Under the pieces are notes generated by a model that did no database searches, was not told where the DNA came from, and saw nothing but the letters and a program-made list of their open reading frames with translations. The position numbers and the translations under genes were made by a program. From positions 4,836,001 to 4,900,000 of the forward strand of contig CM119373.1 in NCBI GenBank assembly GCA_051294905.1: 64,000 nucleotides of DNA, read 5' to 3'. This DNA comes from Botryllus schlosseri. Lineage: Eukaryota. This document shows, piece by piece, positions 10,777-21,490 of this stretch (position 1 is its first letter; every line of letters starts with the position of its first letter).

Positions 10777-11418
10777 TTATAGTGGCGTGTACAACACGAG
10801 TTCATCCCCAGGAAACACCCCTGTTTTAACACGACTAGAATCGGGTGTGGCTTGCGTCAAATCTATGAAAAGGTACCCGTGAGCGTTCTTTGTCGCATCG
10901 GCATACGCGTCAACTAGAAATTTTGAGTTACCGGGGTACATTTGCTTGCCAAGAACTCGAATCTGAGATCGATCTCTAGGATTACGCATGATAATCAAAT
11001 ACTGGGTGCTGAGACTGAGGTCCCTCGATCTTTTGGACTGGAAATATAAATTTTGGACCGCGAATATTGTGGTCACCGAGCCGTGATTCGCGTAGACTGT
11101 AAAAAAGGGGGTCACCCTGTCCGAAAATTCCATTTTATCATCAATAATTAATAGAGTAGGACAGGGGCGGCTTGTCGCCAACTCATCCAAAATGGAGAGA
11201 TCCGAGTAAAACTCAACGCCTTGCAGCTCGTTAAAGGAGTCTTGATAAGCCGTATAGCAATAGATAATTCTTTTAATTCGCCCCTTTGAAAGCTGATCGA
11301 TATTTTTTATGACTTTAAATATAAAAGTACTCTTCCCCGAAAACGACGGTCCTGCCAAAAGACACGCCCTCCCTGTCGAGAAATCCATCACCAAGGCTGT
11401 TTTGACGCGACGAGACAT
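10777..11418 (-). CDS. A32/FtsK-like genome packaging ATPase
   Basis: Walker A GPSFSGKS, Walker B LLIIDD, FAVQNLY, RDLSLSTQY, NPRDRSQI, GYLFIDL. Confidence 0.96.
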   Translation of the reverse strand: MSRRVKTALVMDFSTGRACLLAGPSFSGKSTFIFKVIKNIDQLSKGRIKRIIYCYTAYQDSFNELQGVEFYSDLSILDELATSRPCPTLLIIDDKMEFSDRVTPFFTVYANHGSVTTIFAVQNLYFQSKRSRDLSLSTQYLIIMRNPRDRSQIRVLGKQMYPGNSKFLVDAYADATKNAHGYLFIDLTQATPDSSRVKTGVFPGDELVLYTPL

Positions 11419-11537
11419 GTATTCACAAACACACTTCTATATATAACAAGGACAGGTACACGAAAAAATATGTCGATTCAGAGCGTCACGCAAACCGTCC
11501 ACACAGCGAATCTTACAATGTCCACGAGGCCGTCTTT

Positions 11538-12146
11538 TTACACCAGAAGCGAGGTGTCATAATCGACACGAGAAGACGAGGCATCATCAGGGCTCAGCGG
11601 TGTCATGGCCAAGACTCGAGGTCTACGAGGGGGAGGGTAAGGTGATACCCGGCCGGGTGACTTTTTTGTTACGATTTTAGTCAGATTCGGTCTTGGTAGC
11701 ACTGGCGACTGATGTATGTCTCTGGCACGCTGTGGTGTCGCCACGACAAACGGGGCAGTCAGATTCGGTCTTGGTATCACTGGCGACTGATGTATGATGT
11801 CTCTGGCACGCTGTGGTGTCGCAACGACAAACGGGGCGTCCACCACGGTAGGTGATGTGTCAACGGATTTAGGGGCGCGACGATCTTCTCTATGACCCGA
11901 TCGGAGATAACCCTGGTTCATGAAGCGGTATCGGGTGTTGTCGTTTCTTTCGTGAGTCAAGCGCTGATTGTGGCTCTGTACGCTGCAGGAGGCACGATCG
12001 GTTGGGTCTGTGAAGCCAACTTGACGACGATTCAAGATACGGGCATCAGTCAGCAGTCGGCTCGTCACATCATCGCCTTCATATGTGAACACAGGTAGAA
12101 ACTGCAGCTCCGTCACACACCGCAACAGGTCGTCTCGAAAGCTCAT
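11538..12146 (-). CDS. Hypothetical Pro/Arg/Ser/Thr-rich protein, 202 aa, with a two-copy internal repeat
   Basis: Open frame; repeat APFVVATPQRARDI(I)HQSPV.PRPNLT occurs twice (about 11680-11840). Confidence 0.6.
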   Translation of the reverse strand: MSFRDDLLRCVTELQFLPVFTYEGDDVTSRLLTDARILNRRQVGFTDPTDRASCSVQSHNQRLTHERNDNTRYRFMNQGYLRSGHREDRRAPKSVDTSPTVVDAPFVVATPQRARDIIHQSPVIPRPNLTAPFVVATPQRARDIHQSPVLPRPNLTKIVTKKSPGRVSPYPPPRRPRVLAMTPLSPDDASSSRVDYDTSLLV

Positions 12147-12417
12147 CCATTCTAGAACACAAAGGATAGTTACACATGTGTCGGGTAATGACTATTACTG
12201 CTTGGTTACCTGGTCTCAAGGTGGTGGCAGTGTGTAGACACTCCTGCAACTCTTTCTTGAAGTGAATCGTTTGCTGATCGGTCAGATTGTCTTCCAGCAG
12301 AATATCTTTCAGCACAGAGACACGATGCCAGTTGGCTTGGGTGTCGCGGTGAAGTCTATTGAGTGAAAGCTGGCCACAAACATGACTAATGAAATCGCTA
12401 GCTGAGTTATGAGTCAT
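12079..12417 (-). CDS. Hypothetical protein or exon starting right after a splice acceptor
   Basis: GTGTGTTATTTTTGTTTTTCCAG|ATG at 12417; open for 112 codons. Confidence 0.5.
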   Translation of the reverse strand: MTHNSASDFISHVCGQLSLNRLHRDTQANWHRVSVLKDILLEDNLTDQQTIHFKKELQECLHTATTLRPGNQAVIVITRHMCNYPLCSRMDELSRRPVAVCDGAAVSTCVHI

Positions 12418-12793
12418 CTGGAAAAACAAAAATAACACACATATTACAAACTGAAACGCCGCCTTCGAAAACTAGTCGCAAGCGACAGGCGTTGATGATA
12501 GAAAAAGCGTTCAATGTGGAATAAAATTTCACAGTGAGCACCAAAAGATAAACAATGTATGCCAACAAAATAGTGTCTTCGTTTTAACATGTCTTTGACG
12601 TGCCGCCGAAACACTATAAAATAAAATAATAGTAAGACTCCATACTTGTGTCACAATATACAACCCCACCTGTTTTTAGGAATTCCATGTGACTCGACAG
12701 GTCTTGTAGCTGAGACGGGCGAGGAGGACGCCAGCAGATTCTTGTGTCTATGAATAAACGTGCCTTAGCAACGACAGAGAGCTAAGAGCATAT

Positions 12794-13036
12794 TTACACA
12801 CCCCCAATCTCCTCCAAAATGTTTCTGAGTCTTCTGACGTCCATGTTCAAAGCCTCTATCTTCAAGACCTCAGCCAAAAGTTCCACCCGGTCTGCCCCAC
12901 ATTCGTGTCGTATGATCAGGCCAAACAGAACGCCAATCTCAAACTTGTCTTTCTGCTCGCACGGAGGTAAATGATCGTACCCAGACATGTACTCCCTCAG
13001 GGGGAAGAATTCTGCATGATCAATGTATTGATCCAT
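12794..13036 (-). CDS. Hypothetical helical protein, 80 aa, starting right after a splice acceptor
   Basis: TTCTCAG|ATG at 13036; a 28-nt micro-exon candidate lies upstream (13096-13123). Confidence 0.55.
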   Translation of the reverse strand: MDQYIDHAEFFPLREYMSGYDHLPPCEQKDKFEIGVLFGLIIRHECGADRVELLAEVLKIEALNMDVRRLRNILEEIGGV

Positions 13037-13350
13037 CTGAGAATTGCGACAATTATGATTTCAATTTATGATGAATCATAACAGTTTCAACTCACCACGA
13101 TTCCTTCTATACGCTGATAAAATCTGAAAAGAAAAAACTCATTGTATTATACAATCATGAAACACAATACGCTTTTCCCCACCTGCTGTAAGCTATTGGC
13201 CTGCGGAGTTAATGCTATCGTCTGTAAACAACGCGAGAAAACGAGCACTATTGTGAAAGATGCATAGAATAATTCGAGTCAACATGAGAGCATAATGCGA
13301 AAACAGGTTTTAAAAAAGCACAGAATACGGAAAGTACACATTTGAAAAAA

Positions 13351-16300
13351 TCATAGTTCCAAGGGTCTCGTATGAATACCGTCTGATTCGACTATTCGCT
13401 TACAGTAGAAGTGAGACAGGGCCGATCGAAATTGCTCATAGGTAAAAATGGAGGCATTTTTCCGTACAAAACCCGAATTAATATCCCCATGCGGTTTTTT
13501 CTCAAACAAAACTTTCCGGTAGATGTCAGCAGTCAGTTTGTTTACTTTTGAGAGCCCTTTGCATGAGTACTTATCCTCATTGCAATAATAAGTCTTTGCG
13601 GACAGTCCAACAAAAATATTCGATTGTGCCTCAATTTTGAAAAGACCACTGGTCCGTTGATCATATCGATTACGAGCTTTACAACAGGCACGTTTATCAT
13701 TGAACGAGAGAGGATTGGCCAAAAATTCGCTACGGTGCTCGTCACAGGCGATTGCTGGAAAATATTTGTGAAAATTTTCAAGAAATTCTGCTTGTTTTTC
13801 GGGTCGTGCAACTTTTAGCAGGCTGTCAGAGGAGATAGCGCCGTACCAGGAATCAGTGTCCGAGTATAATAGTTCAATGGACCGTGGCAGGAGGTAGGTG
13901 GACATATACGAATGGAACCGTAATAAGGCCAATTTCGCATAACCATAGACAAAGTACCCAATGTGGTTAGGTTGGCTCCAAACATGTTTTCTCAATTTCA
14001 TGGACACCTCAAAAATATCTGGTGACAACTCAATCATTGATTTAAATCTGGAGTCATTTACCAAGACCATAGCTTTTTGACGGTTAACAATCTTGACATC
14101 AGAATATTTTGTACAATTCGAGATAGTTTTACCTATACAGGAATTTGCAATGTCCTTATAGAACTGCCCCAGTGGCTTCTGAGACGGATCATCGTCAGCC
14201 CGTCTTCTAGCCTCGGTTATCGTATCTACAAGAGAATTGAAACATTCAATGGGTTCAAACTCGATAGCTTGAAATATCTTAGTAACGATTAACCCATTCT
14301 CGAGGTACCACTTCAATAGTGGTGTTATTAACAATGTTTTTGTGGCCTGCAGAGTAGCAATCAAGAATTTCCGTGGCCGTTTCAAAAAACCATGTTGTTC
14401 AGCAAATGCTTTCATGTACGGGCCTATATCATCACGACTTACGTAAGCATGTTTGAACAGGGGACAGAACTCACTAAAATGCTCCTTGAGGTGACTAGGC
14501 ACATGAATATCGACCTCAACGGCCCCAAAAAATTGATCTTTTGACACCAACTCTAAGAGTTTCGAACTTGAAAGGACCCGACATTTCACCATTTTACTGG
14601 ATTCGAGCGTTTGAATAAAGGCAGCTATATCACTTCGTTGGCACATAATGACCCATTGACATTCTGTGATGTACTCCAATTTATACCCCACTTTTTGAAT
14701 ATACTGGATTTTACGCTGCGTCGCGGCCCAGCGGGCTTGGCGATCCGGGCTGGCTCGCAACTCGCAGCCGCGACCATGGTGAAAACATCCAAACAGCTCA
14801 AGTGCAACAGGCCCTTGTGGAGTCCTATAATACCCATCAATACAAATCTGGAGCAGGCCGATACGATGCTCAGGACCATTGAATTGATGTTGGATTTTGA
14901 CCCCCCGACAGTGCGCAATGTAGCTTAGCCATTGGTGAGCCATTTTTCCATAGAGCGGTGCCGTTTTTGTCCCGGAGAATAGAGTAAAATCTTCATTAGG
15001 TGACCACAGACAAGGATAGCCCCCCGGTAATCGTGAACGGAGAGTATCCAAATAAAGACAATTCGAATCCAGACCTAGCACCTGTTCTACAGGTAGAGCG
15101 CTATCGCCATAGATTTGGGGTTTGATTTTTGTGACTTTAGCCTCTGCATATCGCAATGAAACAACGGAAAGCCCGCCACGTAGATTTTCACGTATCAAGG
15201 TGTGTATATGGCTATACTTTTGATTCAACAAAGTGAATACAGGTGGTATGCTATTAAACACAAACCTTGAGGCCAGAGAGGGCAATGATATACCGTCTTT
15301 ACTCATGTCAATTGAGTAACGAGCAAAGAGTTGCTTGTGCTTTGTGAGGGCCTCCAGTAACGGGCCGACATCTAAACTGACATAGAAAGAGAGATAGTCA
15401 CGAAAAGTAGTCATTTTATGTTCCGCCCACTTTGATTGACACCAAAGATATTGTTCATCAGTTATATTAGACCGTTTCAGTTTGTTATAAAAATGTATGT
15501 GGTCTGGGAGAGATTTTTCATCCAATACTGATAAATCAGTGAAATAGTTATATGGAAAAAAAGCCTTCGTTGAAGCACAGTTATGACAACGTGTGTATGC
15601 GTCATAACTTGTGCCAGCGCCAAGATACAAGGTCACATCCAAAAATCGAAATCGATTAGTCGACAAGGACATATACGACGTGCCCCTCTTAATAATACTG
15701 ATAGGGTCTGATAAGTACTCCACCAGATAGGGGATAATCAAAGGTATATCATAACGAGACCCATTGAAAGAGAATACAGGTAATTGACTCAAATAATTCA
15801 AAAAACGATGTTTCAATAAGGTCGCTGGGCTCATACGTTTGACATCCGGCTCAGCGGTATGCATTTCTTCAGCAATAAAATCTAATCGTTCCAACACGTC
15901 ATAAAATTGTTGACATAATGCCTCAAAACACTCACTTTGGATCAATTCAAACCGCGACATCATTCTAGCAACCAGCGCTCCCGGGTCGCCATCACTAATC
16001 AGTACTTCTGGGGTCTCGTACCCTGGGAAATTACAGGCGAAGGCCACCGCGGCCGGAATATGACAGTCCACATAGTGCACATTAGCAGTATCGTTTGGAG
16101 TCGAGCCTTTTTGTAATATACTCTCATAGTCAAAAACCAAGTTATATGGGTAGAAACGAGATGGTTTGGGCACAATTATCCCCAACTCGTCCAACGCTTC
16201 AAATATAGTAGGCTCGGGTTTGAACATACCGCCACGATAGTGATTAGGAATACCTCTAAAACAATTATGGCGATCGAGGAAGTATTTTGAACTGAACAGG

Positions 16301-17232
16301 CGATGACAGGTCTCACAGCTATAATTCTTGCAATACGAGTTCACGTTTTTAATATAACATGAATGTCTTCCCCCCTCTAAATGAACGTTAATTTTCAACC
16401 CCTACCGAGCACCGTGTCGTAGTATATACCCGACTCCTTCTTTCAATGTATAGACACAAATAGATACTTTAAGACATGACTCGACTTTATGTAAATCGCT
16501 CATACATACACCCGAGTCGGGGTCCCCATATAGAGCGGAATATTGTGCCACCAAAGAGAGCGTTTTAGATTGCAAGGCATCATCATCACGATAATTACCA
16601 CCACAAAGCATAACGGCAACACAGCGGAATATACAATAATTATCATCATATGGTACACCGCGTCGATTTTTCACTAAGGCTAGAATAACATGTGAATTAG
16701 CAATAGCCTCCGGCATGTTGAATGCACTACACCCAATTAATCTGAAGTCTGATTTGTACACATAAAAGGTAACGTTTGTGACTTCCAAGACAACAAATTT
16801 AGTATTGTCTCTTTGAAAGCGAGCACTCTCGAAGCCAGCGGCCAAGTCTATATCGTCTACAAATTGGTCAAAGTCACTACGATTGGCAATCATTTTAGGT
16901 GTATCCAACATAACACCTGCGTTCTCGGACGCATGATAGTATCTCAATTCGCTTGTCTCGACATTATCAAGTAGGAACCCCAGAGCGTAATTGATTCGAA
17001 AACCATACTGTTGTGAGATGAAGATGTCCTGTAGATCGTTGATGACGTCACTGGGGTTGCGGCCGAGTATACGGAAATTGTGTAGACTGCGTATACTGTG
17101 CGGGGCCAGTGTCGAGCTGCGAATGGAGTGCCAGTTTTCTTCCACGATCTCGATCAGATTTTCAGGTATACCCAAGCTGCTTGGTTGTGCAAAATCAGAC
17201 ACAATTCTAACAAGGCGTCGTCGCCTAGACAT
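13351..17232 (-). CDS. polB: Protein-primed DNA polymerase B polyprotein (terminal-protein region, vOTU-like protease, Zn finger, exonuclease, polymerase with Vsr-like nuclease insert); one in-frame TAG at 16402-16404
   Basis: ORF-track entries 16402-17337 and 13351-16398 share a frame (…GAR*GLKIN…). Motifs DDNYCIFRC, HSCYIKN, CxxC..H, VFDYES, FNGSRYD, LDSNCLY, KDIANSCIGK, YSDTDS, LSAKTY; insert IQHQFNG..IDGY..ELFGCFHHG..ITECQW. Confidence 0.93.
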
Positions 17233-17343
17233 TCTGGAAACAAAAAACACACAATCAATAACAGGTAGCACAAAACACACATAAATACATATGATATTAC
17301 AGCATAAGTATGTGATTAAAACACGATAGTACACCAAAAACAG

Positions 17344-17829
17344 TTACACATTCGTATAAAATTTCATGGTAGCTCTGGCAGCTGACATCTCTTTGAGAAA
17401 GGCAACTTTCGCACGCATGATGCGTTCCAGGGGTAATTGCATACGCAAATCCTGGCCGTTCGACTGAGATAGTATCTGCGAAATTTCTTGCTCTATCCGG
17501 TTATAATCTTGAGTGAATGTTTCATGAGAAGGAAAACTAGATCTTGAAAGTATATCATCCACTTCCCCCAGAATAGTGAACATCGAGTCAGATGGGGCGA
17601 TTGAAATAGCCTCAACAATGGTCGCCTTGAGGTGCTCCATCATTCGTCTACTATATTTACCAAACCTCTCACCCCCAGGTCTACGTCTGGATGGGAATAC
17701 AGGAGGTTGGGCTGGATTTTCTACATTTTCTGAAATATCATTTGCAGGGCTAATCGCATCGAGCAGGTCTACCGGATAACCACCTTCCATCAATTCTGGT
17801 ATCCCGTTATCAGCCATAGTCATGAGCAA
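17344..17829 (-). CDS. Hypothetical 161-aa ORF, possibly the first coding exon of pPolB
   Basis: Open frame upstream of pPolB; its stop codon lies inside a candidate 114-nt intron (17234-17347). Confidence 0.65.
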   Translation of the reverse strand: MLMTMADNGIPELMEGGYPVDLLDAISPANDISENVENPAQPPVFPSRRRPGGERFGKYSRRMMEHLKATIVEAISIAPSDSMFTILGEVDDILSRSSFPSHETFTQDYNRIEQEISQILSQSNGQDLRMQLPLERIMRAKVAFLKEMSAARATMKFYTNV

Positions 17830-17847
17830 AGATTTGTGATGGTAAGC

Positions 17848-18210
17848 TCAATTTACACTTACTTATAGACACTGTAGCCACATGACAAGCAGAAGAAGGG
17901 ACTCATCACAGTTTAACAGTGCCAGCAAAACGAGGAAAGGAATTTTATGACCCTCCACTCGCCTTTTCCCCCAACCACTTGAATATACATACAAGCCTCT
18001 TTTTTTCTCTCGTGCCATACTCGCATACCCAATTTACGCTTACTTATAGACACTGTGAGCCACATGACAATTGGAAGAAGGTATTTAAAACAGTTAAATA
18101 GAGCCGGCAAAATTCGGCAAGAAATTTTATGACACTCTAATCGGCCTTTTTCCCCCCAACCATTTGAATATAAATACAAGACTCTTTTTCTCTAGTGACA
18201 TACTTACAGG
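17848..18210. promoter_or_regulatory. Divergent promoter region built from a diverged tandem duplication of about 182 bp
   Basis: TTACTTATAGACACTGT...CCACATGACAA and ATTTTATGAC...CCCCAACCA.TTGAATATA.ATACAAG each occur twice; TATAAATA at 18169-18176 upstream of the ATG at 18223. Confidence 0.6.
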
Positions 18211-18222
18211 CATAATTACACT

Positions 18223-18930
18223 ATGGCATGTAAATACAACCCGTACGAAAATACTGCAACGAAGCGCAAGCTAGATATTGACTTGAAACGGGCTACCCCG
18301 TCTCATATCCCAAATTTCGACAATGCCACCAGTTTCTATGGCATGGAAGTCAGCTTCGACGGACGTGTGCAATTGGCGTCGACCAGACGACATGGACCCA
18401 AGATGACTTATGTGAAAGTCTTGATCACAGATGGTAAAAAATCTCTACCAGGGGTGATATTCAATGACAAATTACTGGACTGCATCGAAACTGCATACAG
18501 ACAAGGTCATACTATGACATTCTGTAACATCAAGATCACTGCTGACGCAAGAACTGATGCCCCGTCATTAATCATTGGGCGCAATTCTACTGTTACAAAG
18601 AGCAAAGCACGCTTACCCTGTCCGGAGATGGTTGAATTCCGATACGTGTCCGCTGAAGATATCCAAAAAGGCTTGTACGATGACAAGATTGTTAATTACA
18701 GAGGTCTCTGTATTGCCACGGATTCTGAATCCATTGGCACAACCTCGGAGAGAAAGCTACATTCATATGCCTTAGTGAATGGTGACATTTCTGTTGATCT
18801 GAAAAATTGGGGTATTATACCGTTATTCACTGCTGACAAATACTATGATGTCACCCATCTACGTGTACAAGTCCGATCAGGCAAACGTGAGCTGTTCTTA
18901 CAAGACTATTCGCGTATTTGCAAAGAATGA
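18223..18930 (+). CDS. Tandem OB-fold protein, probable ssDNA-binding protein, 235 aa
   Basis: Two beta-rich units with RPA-like patterns (YVKVLITDGKKSLPGVIF...TMTFCNIKI...LIIGRNSTV; VNYRGLCI...YALVNGDISVDLKNWG...YDVTHLRVQ); AATAAA at 18947. Confidence 0.65.
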   Translation: MACKYNPYENTATKRKLDIDLKRATPSHIPNFDNATSFYGMEVSFDGRVQLASTRRHGPKMTYVKVLITDGKKSLPGVIFNDKLLDCIETAYRQGHTMTFCNIKITADARTDAPSLIIGRNSTVTKSKARLPCPEMVEFRYVSAEDIQKGLYDDKIVNYRGLCIATDSESIGTTSERKLHSYALVNGDISVDLKNWGIIPLFTADKYYDVTHLRVQVRSGKRELFLQDYSRICKE

Positions 18931-20052
18931 ACTGTTTCATGTATGAAATAAAAGAAACATGTGATTATTTTGTTGACACTATCAGAGATTAGCGTTGGTT
19001 ATAGTTAACTTTCTAACCTGCCAGAATACATCATCTTTCAATATCATACTACTAGCTATCGTCTCGACTCGGTAATCTCACACGAGCGGCGTGGAAAGAG
19101 GTTATCAGATTGTAAAACTGCTTGTTTGTGAGAGCACTATACGCCGTGATAATTAAAACAGAGCGAGACAGTACCATAGTATATTAACTGGGGGAAAATC
19201 GTCGTGATAGTTAATCAATACTCAACTCTCGCTTCCAGTATAGTGACCAAGCGACACCAGAGACCAATGTCCAACGTTTTCGAACAAAGAGAATAGCTCT
19301 TCATCACAGCAGGGTGTATTGCAGGACAAAGGCGCTGTGCATGTCTACGAGGCGACATGGCTGTTTTCGAAAGCGAGATTGTCGCTCCTCGGCACAGCAG
19401 GGTGGATCACAAAACAAAAGGCGCTATACAGTCTACGCGGCCGCATGTCTATTTTCGAAAGCGAGATTGATCATCGTTAAATGGGTCTTGGACAAAAGCA
19501 ACGATAGCAGCGCGTCGTATAATATCCAAGCTAGGGAGTTATAGTATACTATAAACCTGATCCTCACACCGACAAACGAACCGTAACCACAATTCTAATA
19601 CCGCGATAATCCATATACAATTATGCACCATACCTAGAGCTTTCAAAATATCAGGTGACGGGCTTCGAGCGATCGTCGACACGTGACCCGTGCTCTGTGA
19701 CCCGTAACAATAGCGAGGGCTTTATTTACATCGGTGTTCTCGAGAACTCTAGTTGACACGTATATTTATAACCATAACAGATCATTTCTCCCGTTACAAC
19801 CTCGATCAATAAGAAAGTAGAGTACGATTCCAGTATGACACAGCCCGTAGGCGTCACTCTGCACAGACAAACGTAGATAACCGATAATCCACTTTGGCGA
19901 TTCATCTGATCGGACGCGCGTTGACAATCCACCTAAAACACGCACCGGGATCTCACGGGTCCGAAGGAACAAATACTATACTGTTGTTCGCGGGGGAAAT
20001 ATAAAAATACTATACTGTTGTTGTTCGGGGGAAATATAAAAATTACTAGTAA

Positions 20053-20388
20053 GTACATACCATTGAAATTAAAAGCCGATCCATTGTTACTCGAGGGAAA
20101 ATATAAAAAATAATACACAAGTCTCGTGTCCAGAGGCGAGGTAGAATCAGGAGTGGAAAAGTACAAGTAGAAGTACTCCAGTCTGAGTACAAAGGTCAAT
20201 CCAGATTCTTTGTTCGTTTTCTCTCTAGCGATAATTCCCCCCTTTTCTGATTGCCGCACGCAAGGTCATAAAAGTATTGCTGCAAAAATGAGAATGAGGT
20301 ATTTCTTTCAGTATCTTTTATATTGATAATTCTTGTATGTTTATTATAATCCTTGCATGCGCACGTCGAGCACAAACTATATACTACT
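20053..20388 (-). repeat. Polinton right TIR (weaker homology continues to about 19830)
   Basis: Imperfect reverse complement of 3978-4320. Confidence 0.9.
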
Positions 20389-21218
20389 TGCGGTGCCGAA
20401 AACATAAGCGGCGACAAAACCTCGGTCTACAAATGACCGATGCTGGATGACCAAGCCTTTCGAGATGGATTGGATAGTCTCGTTCATGTAGGGTAGACAG
20501 TAGTATAATTGCGATACGCAGAGGGATTTAATTCTCCCTAATTTGAAATCGCGAGCGTCATACATGTTTTGTAGAGCTGTCTTGATTAGAATTGTGGTGT
20601 AGGCCTACGTGTTCTGTATGTCATACATGCCCGTAAAATCGTAGCATACAATTTGCTTCCCAATGCCAACCTCCATAACGAGGCTGATTGTGGGGGTTCC
20701 AGGGCCGCAAGCGGAATAAAATATATATTTTCGTCATCAGTGCAGAGTCAGCTTTCGATTGATACCCGTTTTACCTAATTTAATGCGCGGCAAGCCGGTC
20801 AAAAATAACCGTCAAATTGCCTGTAACCAAATGGAAATTGTGACGTGATACAATTTCACTGAGCCGTGAGATTTGCTTGTGTCGACACCATATAGGACAC
20901 TATGATACAACTGTAATATTAAAAATGAATTCCTTTTCATGGGTGAGGCTCAGGTCGCGAGATGCCACAAAAACTCAAATTTTGGTGGTATAGTCTAACT
21001 CTAAAAGCAGCTATACCGTTAACAAACTGTTATATGAATTCTCAAGTGAGATTGAGCTAAAGAGTAAAACACAAAGTATCGTGAGTTATTTGCTCTTCTC
21101 ATAAACTCGCGAGACGGAAGTTGGAGAAACGTATCATAAGGTAGCGAGCTCTAATGTGCCTTGATCGTTTTGCACCTTATGTTCCAAAGACACAAGGCAA
21201 AAGCCTCAACACAAACAT

Positions 21219-21490
21219 GTGGGTTTTTCATCCATTCGACAAACTGGAGCCTCGCGGGACCTTTGTGTCAGCTCTCAAAATCGATTTATGCTAGGAAGCA
21301 TTTTTCACTGTATTTTGGATAGGAGTGCAGAACAGATTAAAAGACCTGGCCATCCAAGCACTAGTAGACGTTCTGGTACAAATTACCAACAACACTATTT
21401 GGCCAAGGGCGCGTTTTAGTGAAATCGTTGAAAGCAAAACGAGCGAAAAATGTTGCCTTTTTAATGAGGCACGTGATAGTCAATTCGTTG
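21219..21490 (+). pseudogene. Degenerate hAT C-terminal dimerisation-domain remnant
   Basis: WVFHPF...FWIGVQNRLKDLAIQALVDVL...RFSEIVESKT resembles the Buster-type FW..V...YP.L...AL..L...GFS.L..IKT pattern; lies inside the hAT TIRs. Confidence 0.6.

Larger units (their letters stand above)
3978..20388 (-). mobile_element. Full-length Polinton/Maverick (adintovirus-like endogenous virus), 16,411 bp
   Basis: Termini AGTAGTATATAG...CTATATACTACT; 6-bp TSD TGCGGT (3972-3977, 20389-20394); complete core gene set (pPolB, INT, ATPase, PRO, MCP, mCP, PW-like, PZ-like). Confidence 0.97.

Noticed and set aside
5254-17779. Numerous + strand ORFs opposite Polinton genes (e.g. 5254-5739, 8245-8640, 9347-9655, 14611-14928)
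   Set aside because: Antisense shadows of well-supported - strand genes.
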